Below, in pieces: positions 38,190 through 50,660 of a stretch of 64,000 bases of DNA (positions are counted from its first letter, which is position 1; each line of letters begins with the position of its first letter). The notes beneath the pieces were generated by a model that was not told the DNA's origin, did not search any database, and was given only the letters and a program-made list of their open reading frames with translations. The stretch spans positions 16,308,001 through 16,372,000 of the forward strand of contig NC_045696.1 in the NCBI RefSeq assembly GCF_009834535.1, read 5' to 3'. A program made the position numbers and the translations under genes. The DNA is from Camelus ferus (lineage: Eukaryota).

Positions 38190-39571
38190 TTTTTTTCCCC
38201 AAAACAGTTTTAGCATCTCTTGAGGCTTTATCTCTGATCCATGAGTTATTTAGGATTGTGTTGCTTTATTTCCCAACATTTGGGAGTCTTTCAGCTGTCT
38301 TTCTCTTCTTTATTTCTAGTTTAATTCCTTTGTGATTTGAGAACACACTTTGTATGATATCTTTTTAAAAAAAAATGTGTTCAGGTGTGTTCCATGGTCT
38401 GTCTTGGTATATGTTCCATGTAGGTCTGAGAAGAATGTGTATTCTGCCATTCTGGGTGAAGAATTATGTAACTGTCAATTAGAGTCTGTTGACTGATGAA
38501 GCCATTCAGATCAACTGTATTCTTATATACATCCTTACTGATTGTCACTGAGTTTTGTCTGCTGAACTGCCAATTACTCAAAGAGGGTTGTTAAAGTCTC
38601 CAACCACAGTAGTGAGTTTGTCTATTTGTAGTTCTGTTCCTTTTTGCCACATATATTTTGACACTTTCTTGCTAGGTGCATAAATGTTGAAGATTATTTT
38701 GTTTCCTTGGAGAATCAACTCTTTTATTTTTATGTAATGCCCTTCTTTATCCCCGATAATTTTCCTTACTCTGAAGAGTCTGTTTTGTCTGAAATTAATA
38801 TAGTTACTCCACCTTTTTAAAAATTAATGGTACCATGGTATATTTTTCTTCATCCTTTTACTTTTAATATGAGTCTTTATGTTTAAAGTGGGTTTCTTGT
38901 AGACAACATATAACTGAGGCTTGTTTTTTAATCTACTTTGACAGTCTCTGTCTTTTATTTCATATGCTTGGACCATTCACATTGAAAGTCACTATTTATA
39001 TACTTGGATTAATGTCTACCATGTTTGTAAATGTTTTCTATTTTTTGCTTTTATTCTTTCTTTTTCCTCTCTTTTTCTGCCTCCTTTGGTTTTAATTGAT
39101 TCCATTCTTTTTCCTTTCTTCGCGTATCAATTATACTTCTAATTTTTTTTAGTGATTGTTCTTGAGTTTGCAATATACATTTTTAACTAATCTAAGTCAG
39201 CCTTCAGATAATACTATATACCACTTAATATATAGCACAAATACTTTTAAACAGAGTATTCCCATTCCTCCTCACCTCTTATGACATTTCAGGCATTCAA
39301 TTCACTTGTCCATATAATCACTCGTGACGTTGTTACTATTATTATTTAAATAAGTTCTTTTAGCTCAAATGACAATAAGAAAAATAAAAGATTTTATTTT
39401 ACTTTCATTTATTCCTTCTCCAACAGTCTTCCTTTCTTCATGTAGATCTGAGTTTCTGACCTGTATCATTTTTCTTCTCCTTGAAGAACTTCTTTAAACA
39501 TTTCTTTCTTAAAAAAATTTATTTAGACGCATTACTGTAAAATGACTATAACTCAATAAAAAGTGTTTAAC

Positions 39572-39905
39572 AAATTTATTTTTGTTGAAGTATAGGTGAT
39601 TTACAGTTCTGAGCCAGTTTCGGGTGCACAGCAAAGTGATGCAGTTATACACACACACATATATATATCTGCCCCTCCCCTAGACACCCTTGTGTTAGTT
39701 GCCGCTACAAAACCCTGACCACACTGTCCATCCATCCCATAGATAGCAGTGTGCATAGCAATCTCAAACTCCCAACCCATCCCCCCCACCTGCAACCACA
39801 GTCTGCCTTCCATGTCTGTGAGTCCATTTCCAGCTTGCAAATAAGTTCATTTGTATAATTTTTTTTTAGATTCCACATATAGGTGACATCATATGATATT
39901 TGTCT
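39572..39905 (-). mobile_element. Younger L1 3' fragment nested in the old L1
   Basis: ttgttgaagtataggtgatttaca...tctgtgagtccatttccagcttgcaaataagttcatttgtataattttttttagattccacatataggtgacatcatatgatatttgtcttt. Confidence 0.8.
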
Positions 39906-41579
39906 TTCTTGTTGGACATGTCTGCTGGCAATGAATCCCCGCAATTATTGTTTGTCTGAGAAAGCCTTTATGTCTCTTTCATTTTTAAAGGATAATTCTG
40001 TGGGACATAGAATTCTAGGTTGTGGGGTTTTTTCTTTCAATGTTTTAAATATTTCACTTCACTCTCTTCTTGTTTACATGTTTTCTGATGAGATGTCCAT
40101 TGTAATTCTTATTTTTATTTCTCTACGTGTAAGGATTTTTTCTTTCCCACTCAAACTTCTTTCCAGATTTTCTGTGTTTGGTTTTCTCCAGTTTGAATAT
40201 GATATGCTTATGTATAGATCTTCTGGTACTTACCCAGCTGGTGTTCTCTGAGTTTCCTTGATCTGTAGTTTTGTCTGTCATTAAGTTTGGAAAATTCTCA
40301 GCTATAAATACTTCAAATATTTCTTCTGCTTTATCCTCTTTCTTCTCCTTCTGGTATTCTAGTTATGGATGTTATATCTTTTGAAGTCGTTCCACTTTTG
40401 TTGGATGTTCTGTTCCATTTGATTCATTCTTTTTACTCTTTGTATTTCAGTTTGGGAAACTTTTTATTGACAAATCTTCAAGCTCACTGACTCTTTCCTC
40501 AGTATTTTTAGCCTACTAATGAGCACATCAAAAGCATTGTGCATTTCTGTTATAATTTTTTTGACTTCTAGCATTTCCTGTTGATTCATCCTTAAGGTTT
40601 CCATCTCTCTACCTATATTTCCCATCTGTTATTGCATATTGTCTGCTTTTTCCATTAGAGCCTTTAACATATTAGTCATGGTTATTTTGAATTCCCTATC
40701 TGACCATTCCAAAAATTGTGTGATACCTGAGTCTAATTCTGATATCTGTTTTATCTTTTATGCTTTGTGATTTTCCTCTTTTTTCTTCTTTCTTTTTTTC
40801 TCTCTTCTTCTTCTTCTTCTTTTTTTTTTTTTTTTTCAGCATGCTTGGAATTTTTTTTTTTATTTGAAAGCCAAACGTGATGTATCAGGTAACATGAACT
40901 GAGGTTATAGGACTCTAGAGTGAGTTTGTATGTTAATCTGACTAGGAATTGGGCTGTGTCTTACTGCAGGTGCCAAAGACTTCAGATTCCTCTAGTGTCT
41001 TTTTTGTCTCCCCTGTTGACTTTGGGTATCCTTAAGAACTCCTCAGAATCTGCAGCTTGCATCCTATCTATTTTCTAAGAAAGGAATCAAAGGAAATACT
41101 AGGAATGAAGAGCAATGTGACAGCAGCCCACTGTTACTATAATGGAGCAGCATTGTGTGGTGGTGAGGTGCGAGAGAAGAGAAGCAGTCTGTACTCTTAT
41201 GATCAAACCCCAGGACTTCTGTGGGCCTGTGCCCCTGGGCTGTGACTTTTGCAGGTGTTTCTCATCTTGCCCGCCTTCTTAAGTGAAGGGGGCTGAAGGG
41301 AGAGAAAGGCCCTTCCTCAGTTGAGATAAACTTTCCACTAAAGAGTCTCTTCTGTGATGGAGAGTGCTCTGAGCATGTTTCCCAGGGGTTACTCTTTCTT
41401 TATTTCTCTACCAGAGCCAGGAAAGGATCTTTCTTGGCTCTTCATTATGAAATCTGATGAGATTCCTGGAGGTAAAACTTATGAAAGTGTGGGAGTTCCC
41501 CTTAGACTGGATCCCAGCAGTTTTTAACTCTCAAGCTAGTCCACACACAGCCTCCAGCAGTTCATCAAAATGACCAGGT

Positions 41580-41670
41580 AAGAATATGTGTACGTATATG
41601 CATGACTGGGACATTGTGCTGTACACCAGAGATTGACACACTGTAACTGGCTATACTGCAATTTGAAAAA
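41580..41670 (+). mobile_element. Very short L1 3'-terminal insertion
   Basis: atatgcatgactgggacattgtgctgtacaccagagattgacacactgtaactggctatactgcaatttgaaaaa. Confidence 0.75.
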
Positions 41671-42444
41671 TTATCCGTTAAGTGTGTTCCTACCAGTGTG
41701 TAGCTCCACTAACTTCTATTTGAGTAGCATTGAGCAGATATTGGCTGTGACTCTCTGAACTCAGTTGTCTTCCCGGGTTTCAGATGGCAGTTCATCCTAT
41801 AACTTCAACTCTCCAACGGGTCCAAGAATAGTTGTAGATTTTCAATTTGTTCAGCTTTTTCTTATTGTGAGGACAACTTCCCACCTCTTTCCATGTCAGA
41901 GCTAGAATCAGAAGTCTTCCAGATATTTAAATTTAATCCTTATATTTTTCTAAACTCAAGAAAATGCTGTGACTGTGACATAACATTCCCACAGTAATGA
42001 TTTATTCCAAGTGTGGGTAGAGATATTTTCAACTTGCCCTAGTGCCACATCCAAAAATAAGCATAAGCTCATCATATCCGAATGCACAGTTTTAGGCCAA
42101 GAATTTTGGCCTAAAGTGCCACCAGTGACTTGTTGATGTGATTGTCACACTGAGACTTGCCACCACTACTCTCAAGGCTACAGTTTCTCCCCTCCTCTCT
42201 CTTCATTCTTCCATATCCAATGTTGAATATCATTTACTGAGAAAGTTTATATATATATGTTGACAGCTCTCACAGTCATGAAACACTTTTATGTGTTTTG
42301 TCAAGCTTTTCCCTACCGTGACATACAGCCTTATCATTATATTCCCTTGTTTCATTTGCTGTGAACTTGGAAACTTAAAACTCCTTGTCTCATTGTAAAA
42401 CAGACCCTGGAATTTTAGAGTTGAAAGAATCAGAACTGATACAA

Positions 42445-42567
42445 AATCTACAGAGGCACCAAAAAACCCAGTGATTAAGGTAAGTAATATTTTAATGCAA
42501 TATTTTTAAATGTATGCAAAAAATCCATAATGAACAAAATGTAAGTCTTAAATTACATCAGGATCCA
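42445..42567. mobile_element. Zaphod/MER115-like hAT fragment
   Basis: ggcaccaaaaaacccagtgattaaggtaagtaatattttaatgcaatatttttaaa...aaaaatccataatgaacaaaat; reverse complement of the 1410-1490 and 1665-1710 segments. Confidence 0.65.
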
Positions 42568-43316
42568 CATATTATCTTGTCTAAATTCTTCATCCATGGG
42601 CCAAACATGGAACCAACTCTTTACTTGCTCACAGCACATCTGAGACAAGTTACCGTCTTTAATTAGGCTTTTTCCTCAAGGTTCAGGGATTGCAGAAAGT
42701 AATTTCAATGCAATAGACAAGCAGTTTTATTTTTGCTTTCAGTGGATACTTCTGCTCTCGGAGCTCTTCAGACGAGAGTCATCCTGACTGGTTACCTTGA
42801 CCTAACCTGCATGAGGATAGGAGATACCTTACCCTCCACTGAGAGTGCCCTTGAGCTTGTCTGCTAACACTTCTGACCTATCTTACCAGCAGAAGACCTA
42901 CACAACAGAACCAGGACCCACCCACCTTCTCCCTAAGTTTTCCTCTTGACTGGCTTAGATTCCAAGCCAGTCTCAGGACTGAAGGATCAGTCTTAATTCC
43001 GTTTTTTGAATGCATTTGTTCCTGGGATACTTGATGGTGGGAATATCCCTTTTGTTCAACAAAAGACTTGCGCACAGGACTTTGAATGTATCATAGAGCC
43101 TCAGTAGGAAACTACATCAGAACACGTTGGTACAACATCAGAACCTTTCTCCAAATATGGATGACTCTGCTTTAATAGACCCACAGCATAGTCCAGGCTG
43201 AATTCCACCTGCAGCTTCGTTCCCTCTTCGTGTGAGATGAAAATTCGCGTGGTTTCCACAAACATCAAGTCTCAGCTCCAGATCACTTGTGATCAACTTT
43301 TCAAGTAACAGAAGCA

Positions 43317-43361
43317 ACAAAAGAACAACAACAACAACAACCACACACACACACACACACA
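43317..43361. repeat. (AAC)n(CA)n microsatellite
   Basis: Directly visible. Confidence 0.9.
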
Positions 43362-44003
43362 GCCATCTCCACTAAAGGGAGTGGCAGATCATAGGCATAG
43401 AGCAGTTCACATTCAAACAGAGAAATATGATACCCTCTTCAAGTGCCACCCTGCCTTCACTCCTTGCTCTCTCCCTTTTTCTCTCGATTATTGCTATCTT
43501 TCTACCTCTTTCGGATCTCTTCTAGTTTAAGGAATCTGCTTAATATATGCATAGCCAACTAATCTCTTCTGATGGTTTCCCCAGAACAAAAGCTTCAGGA
43601 TATATTCAGGTGTTAGATTCCTGCAAGGTTTCCAGCAGGGTGATTAAGGCTTTGAAAATGTTAGAACCACATTTTGGTTAGGGCATCATGTTACAACAAC
43701 TTTGTCCTCTTATTTTGGCAGATCAGCCCCCGTCACTAATAAATACTTCAACAAGTCACTGGTCCTAAAAATGAGGACAGGTCTATAAGATGTTTATGAA
43801 GCTAAATGCATTTAATTTAAAGGAAATTCCTTTCCTTGATTATATCATCATCACTCTTTTTTCTGTTAATAAATCATTTCTTTTAGTAAATTATGATGGT
43901 GCCATGTGTTGGTTTTTTTATGCTCCTGATTTGGCAAAATAAAAAGTTTGAAACTGCGTGTCATCCACCCAGAGTTGGTTTGTGGCTTTGTTCTTTTGTT
44001 GTT

Positions 44004-44356
44004 TGCTATGAGCTGAATTGGGTCCCCCCATATTCATAGGTTGAAGTCCTAACCCCTGGTGCCTCAGCACAGGGTCTTTAAAAAGGTCATTAAATTAAAA
44101 TAAGGTCATTAAGGTGGGCTCTGACGCAACGTGACTGGTGTCCTTATAAGAAGAGGAGGTTAGGGCACAGACACACACAGAGTGAAGACCACGTGAAGAC
44201 ACGGGGAGAAGACAGCCAAGGAGAGAGGCTGCAGAAGGAACCAGCTCTGCTGACCTTGGACCGTCAGCATCCAGAACTGTGAGGAAATAACTCTGTGTGG
44301 TTTAAGCCCCCTACTCTGTGGTACCTTGTCAATGGCAGCTCTGGGGAAATAATATA
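44004..44356 (+). mobile_element. MLT1B-like MaLR solo LTR
   Basis: tgctatgagctgaattg...gactggtgtccttataagaagagga...ccagaactgtgaggaaataa...tgtggtaccttgtcaatggcagc. Confidence 0.85.
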
Positions 44357-45110
44357 TTCTTGTTTGGACTGTTTATGTGATTTTACCCTTCCACAAAATC
44401 CCCAAATATTAGGAATCTCAACTCCATTTACCATGGGTCAGTTTTCTCCTGCAAAGATCGACAAATGCTTCTTTTGTATCTCCTAGCACAGGGTAGACAT
44501 TTAATCAATGTTTGTTGAAAACTTGGGGTACAGAAAAAAATCCCAGACAGATCTCTGGGGAAAACTTAGGTTAGGAAAATGCTTCAACCTGCACACTCCA
44601 GACAAACTGGCAACTGTCTTGCTGTTAATATGAAACTCAGATTTGAAAAACAAGATTTATTTTGACAGGATTTGCTTCCCAAAGACTGTTTTCCTTTATA
44701 GATTTTATTCTGTGAACAGGAATCAAAATTTCCCCTCTCTTTTTTTTCCAGTCTCCATTTTACCCTCATTACTAGCATCACATTTTAGGGGATGTCACTC
44801 TGCCTCCTCTGTGGGGTCAGGTTACTTCCCTGATACTTTCTAGGAACAGACTGTGACTTTTTAGCCACCTAGTCAAGGAAACTCATTCCAGCCTCATTTA
44901 TAATCGAGTCCTGGTCACGGCCGTGGAAGCCCAGGTCCTCTCTGCACCTTTAAAACTTATTTCACTTCTTTAGTATCTATTTTTGAAACATTTATGAGAG
45001 CATCGAGACTAATTTCCCCATTTCTCCATCTAAAGCCTGAGAACCTTCCCCATAAAACTCAGCCTGTGGCCTCTCCCTGGGCATACTGGCCCTCACCAAT
45101 GGAGTACTTC

Positions 45111-45547
45111 TGAGACAGTAGGGAAGGGGCAGGGCACAGCCACTGAAGGAATGACACAGCCATTGAGGACAGGACACACTGGTTAGAACAAAGATGACGG
45201 AAGGTTCACCTTCCAGTAGACCTTGAGCCTCATGGCGCAGCCACAGGTGCCATGATAGTTCCTAGACTGACCATAAAAGGTCAAAAAGTGGGCAGAGCCC
45301 ATTTCTGGAAATCCCTGCCCCTTTCCCAAATAGTTGGAATAATCCTCCTACTTGTTAGCATATGAAATTACTGAGTCCATTAGAAACTAACAACCCCACA
45401 TGTCGTGGTCACTCTCTGTCTTGCCTTCTGAGATGGCCTGCACTCTGTCTATGGAGTGTGTATCTCTCTAAACAAACTTGCTTTCACTTTACGATGCCTC
45501 ACTGTTGAATTCTTTCCTGCATGTGCAGAAACCTATTCTACGCAACA
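45111..45547 (+). mobile_element. ERV1 solo LTR, MER41-like (shorter relative of 19669-20301)
   Basis: tgagacagtagggaaggggcagggcacagcca...ttctggaaatccctgcccc...gcactctgtcta...tatctctctaaacaaac...gcaaca. Perfect 4-bp TSD cttc (45107-10 / 45548-51). Confidence 0.85.
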
Positions 45548-47339
45548 CTTCAGCATCCAAAGCTGTTCACGGCCATGAAGGGCTGCACAATGACGACTGT
45601 CTCCAGCAGAATTCCAAATAAATCTCCCTCACACTCATTATCGGTTCATAGGTTTAAAACAGAAACAGTAATTCTTGGTTGATGTGCTTAGTTACAGCTT
45701 GAATATCGATGATATCTCATCATCTTGCCTTGAATTTCCTCCAACTTTGCAAAAACTTTCTCTTCCCTGGGGACATCCAGTATCTTGATATGGAAAATTA
45801 AATTTTAAACAGGTTAGGCAGAACCAAAACCAAAAACAAAACAATGACAAAAAAAAAAAAAAACCCAAGAGTAAAATGCAGCTTATTACTATCTTACTTA
45901 GAAAAATCGCCTTTCACCTCAAAGGTGACAACAGGAAATGGTCTGAAAGGAGCGTCTCCTTGAAGATCATGGTCCCGTGGAGGCGGGTTTCACAACAGAA
46001 AGCATCTGTGTAACCTCAGCTCGAGCACTAGCCCTTGTGATCATCACAAGCAGCTCTGTGGGGAGTGCTAATGCACACATCTGCCTGCCTCCCTGCATAG
46101 CTGAGAAATACCGGAAAACAGACCCGTTTTCTCCTTCCGGAAAGACACCCAGTAAATGCTTGTGGATGAAGTGTTTAGTTACGTCCGTTCCTTTACCTTG
46201 ACGTTTAAACTAACAACACTACAAGACAGAGGAGCCTCTAAAAAACCTGCTAAAACTCAAAGCTATATTATTTACTTTGAAGCCTAAAGTACCCAGGCAG
46301 ACATTTTAATTTCAACTTCTGTTAATTTTCAGACTACTCTTGAGCCATTACAACGCCTTTTAATAAATAACACTGTCGTGGCTTTGGACTTCCTCTATTA
46401 TTTGTCCTGACTTCCTGTGGGGAGAGAGACAGTACACCTGCCCATGGCCAGAAATTTAGCCATAAGGGGCCCATTTACTACTTTCCAAAGAGCCTGGAAG
46501 CCAGACTAAAGGCTGTAATCGGCTGCCTCAGTGCAGTTCAGATCATGGGAAGGTTTACCTGCTGTGTCTTTGCAAAGAACAGCAGTTTCATCAGCTTCCA
46601 GGCTCATTACAGATTTGTTTGTTTACTTTTTTGCCAACTCGTGTAAGATCAGATAAATGCATTCACTCATCCACTGATTTCAAGAATTGAATTCTGATGT
46701 TTTGTCTTGTTCCCCATCCACATCTGAGCAGCATCCTCCCAAATACATGCTTCCTCTTGATTCAGCCATATTCTCCTCCTCCCTCTGCTCTTCATGCCAG
46801 ATGTTTGAGATATCTTTACCATAGTGACATCACCTGGAAAAAGTTGGAACTGGAAACTCTAAGCATCACAGAAACCCCCAAATTAATCATTTTCCATATT
46901 CCTTTCCTTCACAGTTTAGAAAAAGTTGATTTATAAATAAATTCATCATACAAATGAATAGCCAATTAGTACTTAATACTTTTGGATAAAATTTCTTGGA
47001 AGAGTCATTCATTTATTAGGCAAATATGTCTTTTGAAATCAGATGGCATGTAAGGCCTCAACAATGCAAGACAGCTACAAACATGCATAATTCTTGGGTG
47101 ATCCACCGTCTGGGAATTTACAATACAACAAGAGGAAACTCATTTACAATGCAATTGGACAAAACTCATACAACAGAGGCTGCGTTAATTGTCCTAAAAG
47201 AATGCTGCAAGAGTTTAGATGAAGGAAATCAGCATCTTCGCTAGAATTGGAAGGATAAGTAAGAGTTTTTTTAATAATGCAAATAAGCAATACTAAATTA
47301 TTTTTTGTTTCTATAAGGAATCTAAAGCTTTGTTCTGGG

Positions 47340-48295
47340 ACTACACTTGTTTTTTAAGCTTTGTCAGGTGGGACCAAGGCAGCCTTTGGCTGCTAGTATT
47401 CTGAGTACTATACTCAGTACCTTGTGGATTGCAAGGTTTTCCTTAACGGTTGCTGGAAGCACAGCTAACCCCACCCCAGGGAGCACCGAGCACTGTGCCC
47501 TGTCCTCATGTCAGGTGGTTCTTTCCTCAGCCTTGGGTTGTGTCCTGACTTATCTGTACAGATCAGCACTCAGCTGAAGGCTCCCAGGGAACCCCTGCCA
47601 GGCTCCCAGGCTCTGTCTCTGCCCAGCTCTCTTCCCTCTGGGACTCTACTCTGCAAACTCGACCTGCCTTGGCTCCCCGGTGCTGTCTCCCCGAGGTCCT
47701 CACCCCGTGCTGCCCGCAGGAATCTCACTCCAGGCCAGAAGCTCGGGCCATCACCCGGCTTCCCTCATTTGTTTCCCCCACTTATGATCCCTGTCCTCTG
47801 CTGCCTGATGTCCAAGGTCTAGAAAATGTTCTCTCTGTCTCTCTCTCTCTCTTTTTTTTTTTTTTGGTTACATTTGTCTAAGGAGGGAGAGTAAATCCAG
47901 TCCCTGTGTCTTAGCCTGTTCAGGCTGCCGTCACCAAATACCACACACTGGGTGGCTTACACACAACAGAGATTGACTCCCACAGCTCTGGAGGCTGGAA
48001 GTCCGAGCGCAGGGTGCCAGCGTGGCCGAGTGAGGACCTCTTCTGAGCAGCAGACTTCTTGTTGTATCTCAAATGGGAGAAGGGGCAGGGAGCTCCCTCA
48101 GCTCTCTTATTACAACAAAAGGGCATTAATCTCATTTGTGAAGGCTCTGTCCCCCATGACCTACTCACCTCCCGAAGGCCCCACCTCCTAACACTGTCAC
48201 CTTGAGGATTAGAATTTCAACATGCGAATTTTGGGGGGACATGATCATTCAGACCATAGCACCCTGTTATTCCATCTTGACCAGAACTGGAAGTG
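47340..48295 (-). mobile_element. 5' end of an ancient L1-type element, split by an MLT1A LTR
   Basis: cagatcagcactcagctgaagg..., ctgcctgatgtccaaggtctagaaaa, ...gagtaaatccagtccctg [LTR] ttattccatcttgaccagaactggaagt. Confidence 0.6.
47907..48261 (-). mobile_element. MLT1A-like MaLR solo LTR
   Basis: tgtcttagcctgttcaggctgcc...ctggaggctggaagtcc...cattcagaccatagca. Perfect 5-bp TSD ccctg (47902-06 / 48262-66). Confidence 0.9.
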
Positions 48296-48606
48296 TGACC
48301 ACAGTCATAGAGAAAATTTGGAATATACAATTTTACAAACCTCAAAGTCATAATTTTATCACCTGGCAATAACATATGTTTATATTTTAGTGAATTACCT
48401 TCTAACTCTTTAAAAGTCATCCGCAGATACACTCAAATGTGTACACACACAAACACAGTGCCAGCCGGGAGGCTTTTTATTCCTTAAGGTTTAGTCATGT
48501 TTCTCAGTTAATTGCTTCCAAATCCACCTATTCATTTGTACGTGAGGCAGAGATTGTGCTGGTGCAGGGAGGGGATAGAGAGGGAGATATATAGAGATAT
48601 AGGTCC

Positions 48607-48607
<1 letters not shown>

Positions 48608-48659
<52 letters not shown>
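48608..48659. repeat. (TCTA)n/(GATA)n tetranucleotide microsatellite
   Basis: About 13 perfect units directly visible. Confidence 0.95.
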
Positions 48660-49229
48660 ATCTATGTTACAGCAATGCCAACATCTTTAAATTCCACATT
48701 TGGTATTAATTTTGCTAAACTATTCTGCAACTCAGGCTTTACAGACACATTTCTCAACTCTCCTCTCTTACTTTCTGGGTCAAAAACAATAACAACAACA
48801 TCTTATTTTCTTATACAGAACCCCTGAGTTCTCCTCAAACCCTCACATTAACCTCAGTCCTAGGCTTTCCTTCATGTACCTAAAGTCATGAAGAGTCTGA
48901 AGAGGATAAGAAAGTCTGTTAAGGAACAGCGTCCACGTCTCTTAACAGTTAGCTGTAGTGTGAATACTACATGTATGTACATATGTGTGATTTACACGTA
49001 CAGACGTAGATGTATGCACACCTCAAAGTGAAATATTTGGATCCTATGGCATAATCTGTTTTCCCCTTAATAAAATGTTGTTACTGTGTTCTGTTGCTTA
49101 CCGAGCAACACTGTTTTTAACAGGTTGAATTTTTATGGGTTTCCATAATAAACTCAATACCTTCTTGTGAAAAATTTGGGTTATTTGTAACTTTTTACAC
49201 ATATATAAAGCACTGTGATTAATATTAAA

Positions 49230-50145
49230 ATTAATATTTTGAAATAACCCAAGGGTGCAAAAGAGAAGAGGGTTCATAAGAGAACTTAAAAAGTATTTTG
49301 ATTGAATTATAATGAAAATACAGCATTCTGAAATTTGTGTGATGTGGCTAAAGCTGTGTTTAGGAGAAATGCTCAGCTTTAAATCTTTGTAGTAAAAAAT
49401 TTTAAATGTGTGAATCAGTGACATAAGTTTTCACTTAAATATTAAACTCAAACAAGAAGGAAAGCAATAAAGTTATGTATGAATCAATAACATAGAAAAT
49501 AAATAGTAGAAAAAATTAACCAAGCCAAAAATTGATTCTTGGAAAAGATTAAAAAGTTGATAGATAACTAGCAAGACCAATCAAGGAAGATGAGAAAAAC
49601 TCAAGTTATCAAAATCAAAAATGACAGCAAGGTATTGCTGTAGATTCTACAGACATTCAAAGGATAAAAGCAACTTTGTATCAACAAATATGGCAACTCA
49701 GATGAAATGGACAGATTTCTTGGGGAAAAAAAAAACTTGTCCAAACTGACTTAAAATGATATAAAAAAATCTTAATGTTCTTATATCTATTTAGCAAAAT
49801 TGAATTTGTTATTTAAAAAAAAAATAGTCTTCTCACAAAGAAAACTCCAGACCTAGATGGTTTCACTGGTGAATTCTACCAAATATTTAAGGAAGAAATA
49901 CACCAATACATCCAGAAATTTTATGAGTTCAGCATAACCTGATATAAAAGACTGACAAGAAAAGAATGTTACAAGCCAATGTCTCTATAAACACAGGGGA
50001 AAAAAAACCCTTCAATAAAATACTAGTAAACCAAATACAGCAACATACTAAAATAATAATACATCAGGACCACGTGGGGCTAACTCCAGGAAAGCAGGGT
50101 TTGTTTAACATTAAAATTAATCAATATAGCACAGCTTATTAAAAG
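49230..50145 (+). mobile_element. Decayed internal L1 ORF2 fragment (post-endonuclease region to start of RT)
   Basis: aaatttgtgtgatgtggctaaagctgtgtttagg..., aaaactccagacctagatggtttcactggtgaattctaccaaatatttaaggaagaaata (PDGFTGEFYQIFKEEI). Confidence 0.85.
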
Positions 50146-50164
50146 AGGAGCTTCCAGAAGTCCT

Positions 50165-50660
50165 TATGAGTATTCGGGGCATGACAATGGGTCAGTAGTA
50201 GTGGAGATGGAAGAGCAGGGTTGGATTTATGATAGATATTAGTGACAGAATATTTACTGAAAGATTGGGTGTAAGGATGGGGAAATGGAGTAATCAAGGA
50301 AAAATTTTAAGTCCTTTCTTTTGAGCAATTGGGTGGATGGGGAGCTAGTTACTGAGAAGGGAGAACTAGGAAGAGCAAACGTGGGTGGAAAATTAAAAGA
50401 ACCATCTTTTACATTTTTAGATTGAAACGTCCTAATATACATCTTTAAGCAGCTGACGATGTCCTTCTTGGATCCTGGGTAAGGTCAAGGCTAAATATTA
50501 AGATTTGTAATCACATAGATGGTTCATAAAATTGTAGTCACCAAATGTGAGGTTGGAGGAAGGAAGGGGCTCAGTATTGAACCCAGAAAGGAGGGACCAG
50601 TGAGGTGGGAAGATCAGGTGTGTGTAATTTCAAGGATAGTCTGTTTTAGGCGGAGGGGCT
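50165..50660 (-). mobile_element. L2 fragment
   Basis: gtagtagtggagatggaagagcaggg..., ttgagcaattgggtggatggggagctagttactgagaaggg. Confidence 0.6.

Larger units (their letters stand above)
37613..41918 (-). mobile_element. Ancient L1 (L1MC/MD-like) retaining 5' end, ORF1, ORF2 endonuclease region and extreme 3' end, with a large internal deletion and nested younger insertions
   Basis: Perfect 12-bp TSD ccagatatttaa at 37601-37612 and 41919-41930. 3'UTR end at ~37613-37790, ORF2 N-terminal remnants at ~37810-39050 (e.g. ctgagaagaatgtgtattctgcca), ORF1-like region ~39920-40750, 5' end ...tagaatcagaagtc. Confidence 0.75.
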
